NCBI GenBank assembly: GCA_964372905.1
Contig: CAYJQY010000006.1
Coordinates: forward strand, 113 to 64,112
Direction: 5' to 3'
Length of the DNA: 64,000 nt
Source: an uncultured Candidatus Saccharibacteria bacterium
Lineage (GTDB): Bacteria; Patescibacteriota; Doudnabacteria; UBA920
Below, piece after piece: positions 9,637 to 17,915 of the stretch (positions within the stretch are counted from its first letter, which is position 1; each line of letters starts with the position of its first letter). A program made the translations under genes and the position numbers. The notes under the pieces were generated by a model. That model saw only the letters and a program-made list of their open reading frames with translations. It was not told the origin of the DNA and made no database searches.

Positions 9637-12009
9637 TTATCGATCATAATTCCGGCGCGGCGAGCCGCCGCCACTGCGGTCAAAACCGCCGCCTCCGCTG
9701 CCGTGGCGCGGGCCGCCGTGGCCCCCGCCGAAACCGCCGCGGCCCCTAAAACCTCCGCCGCCAGGCCGGCCGCCATGACTGCTGAAACCGCCGCCGCCTC
9801 CATGGCCATTGCCCCGGCCGCCGAAACCACCGTGGCCCCCGCCGAATCCCCCGCGATCTCCGCCCTGGGCCAGCTGTTCCGGCGTGGGCGGCGCGGCGAA
9901 TGGTTTGTGAGTCAAGTTGATGCGGCCCATGTCATCAATTTCACTAACCTGAACTTTCAATGTGTCGCCAACTTTCACCACATCTTCCACGCGGCCGACA
10001 TGATAATTCGCCAACTGCGAAATATGTACCAGGCCTTCCTTGCCGGGCAGGACTTCCACGAACGCGCCGAAATCCATCAACCTGGTAACTTTACCTTCAA
10101 AGACTTCGCCCGGCATAACTTCGCGCACAATGTCCTGAATCCATTTTGTAGCCTTAGCGGCGGACTCTGCATCGGTGGAAGTCACCATGACTAAACCGTC
10201 ATCTTCAATGTCAATTTTTACCCCCGGACAGTTGGCAATAATTTCGTTGATGATCTTGCCGCCGGCGCCGATGACTTCGCGAATTTTGTCCGGCTTGATC
10301 ATAAAGCTGGTGATGCGCGGGGCATACTGGGACAAATCCGGCCGCGGGGCGGACAGAGTCTGTTTCATGGCCGCTAAAATGTGCGCGCGGCCGACCTTGG
10401 CCTGCTCTAAAGCCTGGGCCAAAATTTCCGGCGTCAGGCCTTTAACTTTAATATCAAGCTGCAGCGCGGTGATGCCGGTTTCGTTGCCCGCGACTTTGAA
10501 ATCCATGTGGCCGTTGAAATCTTCAATTCCGGCAATGTCGGTCAAAACTTTAAAATTATTGGGATTGGATTCATCCATGACCAAACCCATGGCCACGCCG
10601 CCGATGACTTCTTTAATCGGCACGCCTGCGTCCATCAAAGCCAAAGTGGAGCCACAAGTAGACGCCATGGAAGTGGAGCCGTTGCTGGACATGGTTTCGG
10701 ACACCAGGCGCATGGTGTAAGGAAACTCCGCCTGCGGCGGCAGCACAATTTCCACGGCGCGCTCGGCCAAAGCCCCGTGCCCGATTTCGCGTCGGCCCGG
10801 ACCGCGGATTGGCGCCACTTCGCCCACGGAAAAGCCAGGCATGTTGTAATGGTGAATATAGCGCTTGGCGCGACCTTCCATCGGGTCTTCCATACTGTCC
10901 AAAATCTGCTCATCGCCCTTACTGCCTAGCGTAACCGTGGTCAAAACCTGGGTTTCGCCGCGGGTGAACAGCGCCGAGCCGTGCGTGCGGGGCAAAACAC
11001 CGACTTCGCAGGTAATTTTGCGAGTTTCATCCAGCTTGCGGCCGTCCACGCGCCGCTCTTTTTCCAAAATCTGCTGCTGCTGGAATTTTTTCAAGATTTT
11101 GTCCGCGGCTTCAGAAACTTCGGCCTCAATATTTACCCCTTCCAAATTACCCAGCGCGGTTTTCACCTGCTCTGAAATTTTCGCAAACAAAGCCGTGATA
11201 TTATTGTCGCGCCGCTCTTTCTCGGCCACATAAACCGCCTGTTCAATGGCATCCGGCGTGAGCAATCTTTGCACTTGTTCAAGAATTTGGGGATTGAGCT
11301 CATGAATGATGGGAACGGCCTTTTCGTGGCCAACCTGTTTGCGGAATTTTTCCTGGACTTCCACGAGCGTTTTGAGATGCGGCTGGGCGAATTTAATTCC
11401 TTCCACGATTTCTGCTTCGCTCACCAGCTTGGCGCCGGCTTCCACCATAATAATATGCTCGGCCGTGCCGGAGACGATCAAATCCAACGAGCTTTTTTCG
11501 CGATCCCCGTTAACCGGATTAACAACATATTTGCCGTCAATCTTGCCCACGCGGCAGGCGGCAATGGGCCCATCAAATGGTACATTGGAAATATGCAGCG
11601 CCATGCTGGCCGCGTTCACGGCCACCATGTCCGGGTCGTTGACGCCGTCAATGGACAGCACCAGGGCCACAACTTGCAAATCATTGCGCATACCTTCGGG
11701 AAACATCGGGCGCAAAGAGCGGTCAATGACGCGGCCGGTCAAAACCGCTTCATCCGTGGCCCGGCCTTCGCGCTTGACCCAGCGGCTGCCCTTGATTTTT
11801 CCCGCGGCGTAGAGCCGTTCCTCATAATCCACCAAGAGCGGAAAAAAACTAATGCCTTCGCGCTGGCGGTCGCTCATTACTGCCGTGGCCAAAACTACGG
11901 TGTCGCCAATACGGGCCAAAATTGCGCCGTTGGCTTGTCCGGCCAAACGGCCGGTTTCAAAACTAAACTCGCCCTCCCCGACCTTACAGGATATGATTTT
12001 CTTTTCCAT
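9637..12009 (-). CDS. pnp: polynucleotide phosphorylase with C-terminal Gly/Arg-rich (RGG/FGG) tail
   Basis: Two RNase PH domains, KH and S1 regions are recognisable (MDAGVPIK, GHGALAERA...). The likely start is MEKKIISCKV at 12009, with AAGGGAAG upstream. The ~75-aa C-terminal tail is GGFGGGHGGFGGRGNGHGG... . Confidence 0.92.
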   Translation of the reverse strand: MEKKIISCKVGEGEFSFETGRLAGQANGAILARIGDTVVLATAVMSDRQREGISFFPLLVDYEERLYAAGKIKGSRWVKREGRATDEAVLTGRVIDRSLRPMFPEGMRNDLQVVALVLSIDGVNDPDMVAVNAASMALHISNVPFDGPIAACRVGKIDGKYVVNPVNGDREKSSLDLIVSGTAEHIIMVEAGAKLVSEAEIVEGIKFAQPHLKTLVEVQEKFRKQVGHEKAVPIIHELNPQILEQVQRLLTPDAIEQAVYVAEKERRDNNITALFAKISEQVKTALGNLEGVNIEAEVSEAADKILKKFQQQQILEKERRVDGRKLDETRKITCEVGVLPRTHGSALFTRGETQVLTTVTLGSKGDEQILDSMEDPMEGRAKRYIHHYNMPGFSVGEVAPIRGPGRREIGHGALAERAVEIVLPPQAEFPYTMRLVSETMSSNGSTSMASTCGSTLALMDAGVPIKEVIGGVAMGLVMDESNPNNFKVLTDIAGIEDFNGHMDFKVAGNETGITALQLDIKVKGLTPEILAQALEQAKVGRAHILAAMKQTLSAPRPDLSQYAPRITSFMIKPDKIREVIGAGGKIINEIIANCPGVKIDIEDDGLVMVTSTDAESAAKATKWIQDIVREVMPGEVFEGKVTRLMDFGAFVEVLPGKEGLVHISQLANYHVGRVEDVVKVGDTLKVQVSEIDDMGRINLTHKPFAAPPTPEQLAQGGDRGGFGGGHGGFGGRGNGHGGGGGFSSHGGRPGGGGFRGRGGFGGGHGGPRHGSGGGGFDRSGGGSPRRNYDR

Positions 12010-12373
12010 TAACTTCCCTTTTGTTTCGGGATGAGCTACAAATTCACGATGACTTACCTGCGGCCATTGCGCCGTCATAAGTCTTCGCACTATCTGTAGA
12101 CCATGCCGATTAATTATTTTATTGATGCTTCCTGCGGGCAACTGTCTCTCAAACGCGCGTCAGGCTGCTTCCGCCCTTGCTTCAGATGATATGGTTTGAC
12201 CATCGTAGCTAGAATTGGCAATAATTTTTTTTATCGAGCTGGAAGACAAACCTTTAACGCTATCTTTACCAGTTATACCTTTCAACCAAGCGTCATCGGG
12301 TGATTCCATGCCAAACGATGTTTCTCCTTGAGATGTCGACATATTTTTTTATTAAATATTTAAATATAGCATT

Positions 12374-12655
12374 TTAAGCTGCTGCCTGAGTCCGCTTTAA
12401 CTTCAATTTATCCGTGAGTTTCTCGTAGCGCTTCTCATCTTCGTTCTTGAGGTAGCGCAGGAGACGGCGACGGTTACCCACCATTTTCAGGAGGCCGCGG
12501 CGCGAGTGGTTGTCTTTGGGATGCTGCTTTAAGTGATCGCTGACCTGGTCGATCTCCTTGGTCAAAATGGCAATCTGCACTTCCGGACTGCCCGTATCAT
12601 CTTTGTGAGTTTGGAACTTTCTGATAAGAGCGTCTTTTTCCTTTTTGGTGAGCAT
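12374..12655 (-). CDS. rpsO: 30S ribosomal protein S15
   Basis: [32 protein letters not shown]...[18 protein letters not shown] is the S15 signature. The internal Met at 12655 gives the canonical ~93 aa, and the gene is in the classical rpsO-pnp arrangement. Confidence 0.9.
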   Translation of the reverse strand: MLTKKEKDALIRKFQTHKDDTGSPEVQIAILTKEIDQVSDHLKQHPKDNHSRRGLLKMVGNRRRLLRYLKNEDEKRYEKLTDKLKLKRTQAAA

Positions 12656-12947
12656 ATACTTGGATTCCCTCGGCTTGGCCCCTCTTTTGTTATCCCGCGC
12701 GCTATTTTTGAGGATAGCCGAGCGAATCAACGGAGCCGCCGGTTTGGGCCTTTCTTCACGCGGCCGGCAGTATGGGCTAGCCCGTGGATATTACTAATTG
12801 TAATTACTGATACAGCCTACAGTATAAAGTATTCTAAAGATTTTTTCAAGTGCGGTGCAATAATAACTGCTCACTAGACTAAAAACTCCAGGAGAGGTGG
12901 CCCGACTCGGGGGCCCGCCATTGGGCGCGCAGGGCTTTGACCGCATT

Positions 12948-13015
12948 GGCGCGGAAACGATTGGCGAGAAAAGCATGGGACAATAACTGCTTTTCAAGGC
13001 AATCGTTTCCGCGCC
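12948..13015. ncRNA. long nested hairpin / palindromic structured element (function unknown)
   Basis: A 16-bp perfect outer stem pairs ggcgcggaaacgattg (12948-12963) with caatcgtttccgcgcc (13000-13015). An 8-bp inner stem pairs gaaaagca with tgcttttc around a 12-nt loop. No flanking U-tract on either strand. Confidence 0.4.
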
Positions 13016-13102
13016 TCTAAATGAGGGTGAGTCAAGACAGGACCCCGACTGAAGAAAATAACACAATGAGTAATTACTAAAAATATGTTATAATGCGCCC
13101 AT

Positions 13103-13570
13103 ATGAACCTGCGCGCCCCGGACGCCAAACTGGCCCAACTCTTCGACCGGCTGTTTGTTCCTTTTGCCCGGATTGCCATTTTTTTTATTTACTTCTGGTT
13201 CGGCCTGCTCAAGCTCCTCGGGCTTTCCCCGGCCGCCGGACTGGTCCGCCAGCTGTTTGACCAGAGCATCCACTTCATGCAGTTTGATCCGTTCTACGCG
13301 CTGTTTGCCTCTTTTGAAATGCTTATCGGCATCCTCTTCCTGGTGCCGCGGCTGACGCGGCTGGCCGTGGCGCTGTTTTTCCTGCACATGATAACTGCGT
13401 TCCTGCCTTTGATTTTCCTGCCCGGCGCAACCTGGCAGGCGTTTTTGGTCCCCACGCTGGAGGGGCAATACATCATCAAAAATCTGGCGCTCATTGCCTG
13501 CGTCATCGGCATTGCCCGATATGAATTGAACCGGCAGACAAAAGTGGCAAGCAAAAACCCTCCAAGCTAA
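13103..13570 (+). CDS. DoxX-like small integral membrane protein
   Basis: 155 aa with four predicted hydrophobic helices; composition and length are DoxX-family-like. Confidence 0.5.
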   Translation: MNLRAPDAKLAQLFDRLFVPFARIAIFFIYFWFGLLKLLGLSPAAGLVRQLFDQSIHFMQFDPFYALFASFEMLIGILFLVPRLTRLAVALFFLHMITAFLPLIFLPGATWQAFLVPTLEGQYIIKNLALIACVIGIARYELNRQTKVASKNPPS

Positions 13571-13585
13571 AGGAGGGCTTTTCAA
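13556..13585 (+). terminator. rho-independent terminator overlapping the stop codon of the DoxX-like gene
   Basis: ccctcc-aagctaa-ggaggg followed by cttttcaat. Confidence 0.45.
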
Positions 13586-13623
13586 TATTGCGGCTATTGA
13601 GCCGGTGCAGTTTGCCGCGCGCT

Positions 13624-13761
13624 TTAGGCGGGCTGTGCATCGGCAGGCTTGGCCGGCTCATCCTGCGGCGCAGGAGCGGCTGGCGCGGGCGCGGCGGCTG
13701 GTTCAGCCGGAGCAGGAACTGCGGCGGGCGCATTGAGGTTGGCGTTGTCGTCTTCCATCAT
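13624..13761 (-). CDS. small acidic Pro/Ala-rich protein (hypothetical)
   Basis: MMEDDNANLNAPAAVPAPAEPAAAPAPAAPAPQDEPAKPADAQPA, with an AAGGAAA Shine-Dalgarno 7 nt upstream of the internal ATG. Confidence 0.35.
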   Translation of the reverse strand: MMEDDNANLNAPAAVPAPAEPAAAPAPAAPAPQDEPAKPADAQPA

Positions 13762-13777
13762 AATATGATTTCCTTTT

Positions 13778-14110
13778 CTAACTAATAATTTTGTGCGTGC
13801 ATCGACATACAACGCTTATGCAGTATAGCGGAAAAATTGAATTGAGACAATGGTAAGTGAGTTTGAAATGAATATCACCGTTGATGTGCGCCAGATCGTG
13901 CGCGCCTAGAGAAAGCAATGCCTGCGCCGATACAATATTGTAACTGTCCACTACATTGTTGATATTCGGCAGCGTGTGCGAGCGTTGAATAATCTGGAGG
14001 AGATGTTGGACCGGCGGGAGCATACCGGTCATGCCCAGCTCGGCATAAAACATAGCGTACTCGTTCAAGATTGGCGAGGCCAGCAATTCATCAAAAATGA
14101 AATAAACCAA
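13778..14110 (-). CDS. hypothetical protein
   Basis: 110-aa ORF with no recognised motif. Confidence 0.25.
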   Translation of the reverse strand: MVYFIFDELLASPILNEYAMFYAELGMTGMLPPVQHLLQIIQRSHTLPNINNVVDSYNIVSAQALLSLGAHDLAHINGDIHFKLTYHCLNSIFPLYCISVVCRCTHKIIS

Positions 14111-14362
14111 TCCATACTTGCATTATAGCAACTCTGAAATAGAGAGCAACGCTAAAATTTGAGCTAAATTTGAATCTTTCTTGAGAAATATTTTAACTCT
14201 GCTCTATATTTAGCTAGTTCATGCCTATATTTCCGCCAACCGCTTCCAGGGCCGAGTGATATATTGGCTGGGCGCCTCGGTTTAGAACTAAGGTTCTAAG
14301 AGTATCATGAGGGACTTTGAGACGCTTTCTCAGAGGGTGTTTAACGCTCCTGATCTGGCTAA

Positions 14363-14710
14363 CTACTCCAAACTTTCAAGCCGGTAAATATCATACGCGA
14401 CTTCTTCGTAAGGATGTACTCTTTTTAGCGCTGCGATCACATCCGCAACAACTTCCGCATCGCATTGACACTCAATCCGTTCTTCTTCCACTTCTTCCAG
14501 CTTCCCAACTTCTCCTATTGCTGGTTTGGCGCCTTCTTCAGGCTTAAAACGACCAATACCTTTAGTACTAAAAGAACAGAAAGAGTAATTTCCCAGTTTG
14601 CCCGCTCCAGCTTTAGCAATGGCTTCTCTGGCGGCATCGGCATGAGACATGGGGATGGTAAAAATAAGTTTATATTTTGAGGTCATAGTTTTGATGACTG
14701 AGCGGGTCAA
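14363..14710 (-). CDS. small PII/CutA-like fold protein (uncharacterised family)
   Basis: 115 aa with a beta-alpha-beta signature and a C-terminal HPYEE motif reminiscent of the CutA/PII-like superfamily; assignment tentative. Confidence 0.35.
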   Translation of the reverse strand: MTRSVIKTMTSKYKLIFTIPMSHADAAREAIAKAGAGKLGNYSFCSFSTKGIGRFKPEEGAKPAIGEVGKLEEVEEERIECQCDAEVVADVIAALKRVHPYEEVAYDIYRLESLE

Positions 14711-14711
14711 T

Positions 14712-15131
14712 CTAGAATTCTAGTTCCCAAACCGTGGTTGGGTGAGAATTATAATCCCGATAGCATAACCACCGGGGCGTTATCTTAAACCACCTCGTGT
14801 CTGGAAACTGTTCCCACTTTTTTGCATCCGGATTTTTATTGAAATACGCTTGTTTATATTTACCAGATTCCTCTTCTGACAATTCCACAGCTATACCTTC
14901 AAGTTGAATGCCAATATTTTCTTGCCCACCTACTACAAATGCTACATTTGGGTTATGTTTAAGATTATTATATTTGCGGTAAGTTGTCGAGGTATCAAAA
15001 ACCAACTCAAACTCATCCGTTTCCCCAAATTCAATAACTGCGGCTTCAGGTTTATTTTCAAGACTCGTGGTCGCTAACACTCCTATAAGGTGTTTCTTTA
15101 TAAAATCTAAAGCTACTTGTTTTTTGTCCAT
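14712..15131 (-). CDS. pyridoxamine 5'-phosphate oxidase-like FMN-binding split-barrel protein
   Basis: The N-terminal stretch ...LIGVLATTSLENKPEAAVIEFGETDEFELVFDTS... matches PNPOx-like split-barrel proteins, as does NPNVAFVV. Confidence 0.65.
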   Translation of the reverse strand: MDKKQVALDFIKKHLIGVLATTSLENKPEAAVIEFGETDEFELVFDTSTTYRKYNNLKHNPNVAFVVGGQENIGIQLEGIAVELSEEESGKYKQAYFNKNPDAKKWEQFPDTRWFKITPRWLCYRDYNSHPTTVWELEF

Positions 15132-15195
15132 AACTAATTTAGTAACTATTTTGGCTGCCCAAACAGGATTAGAACCCTGCCATTATAGCACTTTT

Positions 15196-16299
15196 TCATC
15201 CCACCAAGCCCCGCAAATACTCCACAAACTCCCGGGCCACATTGAACCCGCTGGCCTCCTCGAACGGCTTGAGGCCGGGCCAGCGGTTGACTTCCAAAAC
15301 ATAGAAGCGGCCTGGCGCGTCGGTATTTTCTCCATGCACGGTGCTGGAACCAGGCGCGCCGTTGGAACCGCCCGTCGCCGGGACTTCCAGCACATCAATC
15401 TTGCACAGTTCGCGCTCGGTGGCGCGCGCGGCGCGCTCCATGAACTTGGTCAGCTCCGGCACCCGCGCCGTCTGTATCACCTCAAAGTCTTTTAAGTCCG
15501 GCACATGCTTTTCGGGATTGATGCCATAGCGCACGGCCACGGGCAACGCCTTGTACCCAACCACGATAAACTTGTACTCGCGCGGCGCACGAATAAACTC
15601 CTGCACCAGGATCTCCTCGGCCAGATAGCGCGCCGCAATTTCGGCCAAACGCGCGGCTGAATCCACATAGTACACATGCTGGGCGCCAAAGCCAAAATTC
15701 CACTTTAGAACTTTGGGATATTTTATTGAGGCGCGGCCCTTGGACCCGCGGCCGCCAGAACGGCCATCGCTGCCGCTAGGGCCGCCCCTCGGGCTGCCGC
15801 CCGCGGCGCTAAATGCGCGCCCGGCCGCGCCTTCGGCAGTGCCGCCCACGCCACCGATGCCAACCAGACGCCCGGCTCCCGCCCCACCGGAGGCCGCACC
15901 CCCCGCCGCATCTATCTCCGCCAACACCTCGGTTCGTGGCACAGGCACGCCGGCCTGCTCCAAGGCCCGGTAGACCTCTAATTTGCCTTTGCCAAGCCCG
16001 TTTTTGGCCAGGGCGCTGTCAATAACCACCTTTCCAGCATCAGAAAAACTGCGGGCCAAATCCACAATTGGGCGCAATTTCAGCGACCCCATTTTGTGGC
16101 CTGTTTCAACATAGCCTTGCCGCACGAACAGGGCATCAAACGCCCCGATATCTACCTTATAATTTGCCGCGGCCAATTCGCGAATGTCCATGGCTGTCAC
16201 GGCCACGCCGGCCGCGCGGCCTTCCTCCTTCAGTCGCCGTGTGGCATAAGCATCTTTCGGTGAAATCAATAATAAACGCATAACTGTCATGTTAGCCAA
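15196..16299 (-). CDS. RimK-like ATP-grasp ligase with Gly-rich low-complexity insertion
   Basis: A pre-ATP-grasp N-domain is followed by ATP-grasp motifs (EFIRAPREYKFIVVG..., FYVLEVNRWPGL). A ~60-aa Gly/Ala/Ser/Arg-rich insert separates the domains. Confidence 0.65.
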   Translation of the reverse strand: MANMTVMRLLLISPKDAYATRRLKEEGRAAGVAVTAMDIRELAAANYKVDIGAFDALFVRQGYVETGHKMGSLKLRPIVDLARSFSDAGKVVIDSALAKNGLGKGKLEVYRALEQAGVPVPRTEVLAEIDAAGGAASGGAGAGRLVGIGGVGGTAEGAAGRAFSAAGGSPRGGPSGSDGRSGGRGSKGRASIKYPKVLKWNFGFGAQHVYYVDSAARLAEIAARYLAEEILVQEFIRAPREYKFIVVGYKALPVAVRYGINPEKHVPDLKDFEVIQTARVPELTKFMERAARATERELCKIDVLEVPATGGSNGAPGSSTVHGENTDAPGRFYVLEVNRWPGLKPFEEASGFNVAREFVEYLRGLVG

Positions 16300-16319
16300 A
16301 AATTGGCCATTTAGCTATA

Positions 16320-17381
16320 ATGCCGTCAGAGCAAGATATTGGGCGACGCCGGCAGCAGCACAGGCAGAAGCGTCAGCGTGGCACAACAAAACCTATGGAA
16401 ACCCAAAATCAAAAAAACCAACCCTCCAACAAATCTGCGCTACAGAAATACTTCAACGACTTCCTCGAATACTGCGAGGTTGAAAAAAATCGCAGCCAGA
16501 AAACTATCGAAGGATACGCCCACTATCTGCGCCGCTTTGTGGGGTTCGCCGAACGCAACGGCGTGACCAAGCCGGAAAAAATCACTCTTGATTTAGTGAG
16601 GTCATTTCGCCTCTACCTAAATCGCATGCAGGATGGGCATGGGCACAATCTCAAATTACTCACCCAGAGTTATCACGTTATTGCCTTGCGCTCCTTTTTG
16701 AAATATTTGATAAAACGCGACATGGCCACGCTGGCGCCGGAGAAAATTGAACTGCCCAAAACCCCCAGCCGCGAAGTCAGCGTGCTGGAAGTCAGCGAAA
16801 TAGAACGGATGCTGGATGCGGCCAAGCGGGAAAAAAACGAATTGCTCCGCTTGCGCGACCACGCCATTTTGTTGACGTTATTTTCTAGCGGCGTGCGTAT
16901 CTCCGAACTAACCCAAATCCGCCGCACCACAATTAATCTTAAGCGCGGTGAATGCACGGTACGCGGCAAAGGCGATAAACTCCGCCTGGTCTTTCTCTCC
17001 CCCGACGCCATTGCCGCTCTTGCACTGTATCTAAAAAAACGGAGCGATAATAATCCTTTCCTGTTTGTAAACCACACGACTGTCGGGCAAAACGTGACCA
17101 AACAAATAGAGGCACAAGACGCAAAAAAAGGCGCGGGGCTCACGCCGCGCAGCGTCCAGCGCATGATAAAAAAATACGCGCTCATTGCCGGCATCATGCG
17201 CAAGGTCAGCCCGCATACCTTCCGACATTCTTACGCCACCGACCTGCTGCGGAACGGCGCCGACATCCGCAGCGTCCAGTCGCTCCTCGGCCACGCCTCC
17301 ATCACCACGACGCAAATTTACACCCACGTCACCAACCAGGGCCTGCGCGAAATTCATCGGAAGTTTCATAATAAAAAGTAA
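16320..17381 (+). CDS. tyrosine site-specific recombinase (XerC/XerD-like)
   Basis: The C-terminal catalytic motifs HTFRHSYATDLLRNGADIRSVQSLLGHASITTTQIYTHV contain the R..H..R..Y residues. A basic N-terminal extension is present, and an alternative start METQNQ lies at 16395. Confidence 0.85.
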   Translation: MPSEQDIGRRRQQHRQKRQRGTTKPMETQNQKNQPSNKSALQKYFNDFLEYCEVEKNRSQKTIEGYAHYLRRFVGFAERNGVTKPEKITLDLVRSFRLYLNRMQDGHGHNLKLLTQSYHVIALRSFLKYLIKRDMATLAPEKIELPKTPSREVSVLEVSEIERMLDAAKREKNELLRLRDHAILLTLFSSGVRISELTQIRRTTINLKRGECTVRGKGDKLRLVFLSPDAIAALALYLKKRSDNNPFLFVNHTTVGQNVTKQIEAQDAKKGAGLTPRSVQRMIKKYALIAGIMRKVSPHTFRHSYATDLLRNGADIRSVQSLLGHASITTTQIYTHVTNQGLREIHRKFHNKK

Positions 17382-17523
17382 AGCAGGAATCCGCCGCCGC
17401 GCAGGCCAGACTATATCGTTCTAAATTCACCAAAAGTAAAGCGCCTGCATCTTTTTTTTATTCGATGCAGGCGCTTACTGATCAGACGAACTATTCATTG
17501 GTCGTTTAATTTCATTAATGGTT

Positions 17524-17706
17524 TTATAAAGACCACCGCCATGCGCTCTTTAAGCGCATGCCCTCTTCAACCATTTTGTCGCGCTGGTATTCCCGTTGGG
17601 TTTCCTTTGTATAGATTGTCAAAGGAGTCTCGCAATTGGGACACAAGCCCGAAACGGATTGCGCGTGTCCGCAGGTGTCGCACATATACATGTAAAGATT
17701 TTGCAT
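17524..17706 (-). CDS. small zinc-ribbon protein (hypothetical)
   Basis: CDTCGH...CPNCETP gives a CxxC...CxxC pair; 60 aa. Confidence 0.3.
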   Translation of the reverse strand: MQNLYMYMCDTCGHAQSVSGLCPNCETPLTIYTKETQREYQRDKMVEEGMRLKSAWRWSL

Positions 17707-17915
17707 AGCGCTTTCACCTCCCCGGCGCTCCGGTTTAGGATTTCCGCCACCAGGCGTGCTGCCGAAATTTGGCTTAATTTTATTGTTTTTTCAACATGCG
17801 ACCTTTCACCTATGGTTTATACCCCTGTCAAAATTTTGTCAAGTGGGCTCTGAACATAGGCCGAAAAAGTCGCGAAATACCCTAAAAACCATTACACTAT
17901 AATAATCGAATATGT

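Noticed and set aside
9703-12034. Plus-strand ORFs (9703..10194, 10175..10720, 10507..10929, 11269..12012 etc.) antisense to pnp, including Ala/Pro-rich peptides opposite the Gly-rich tail.
   Set aside because: They are artefacts of GC-rich repetitive coding sequence on the other strand. pnp is unambiguous.
12160-12342. A 60-aa ORF in the rpsO-pnp intergenic region.
   Set aside because: It has no ribosome-binding site and low-complexity Ser-rich content. The region is more likely the untranslated pnp leader, which in other bacteria carries autoregulatory structure.
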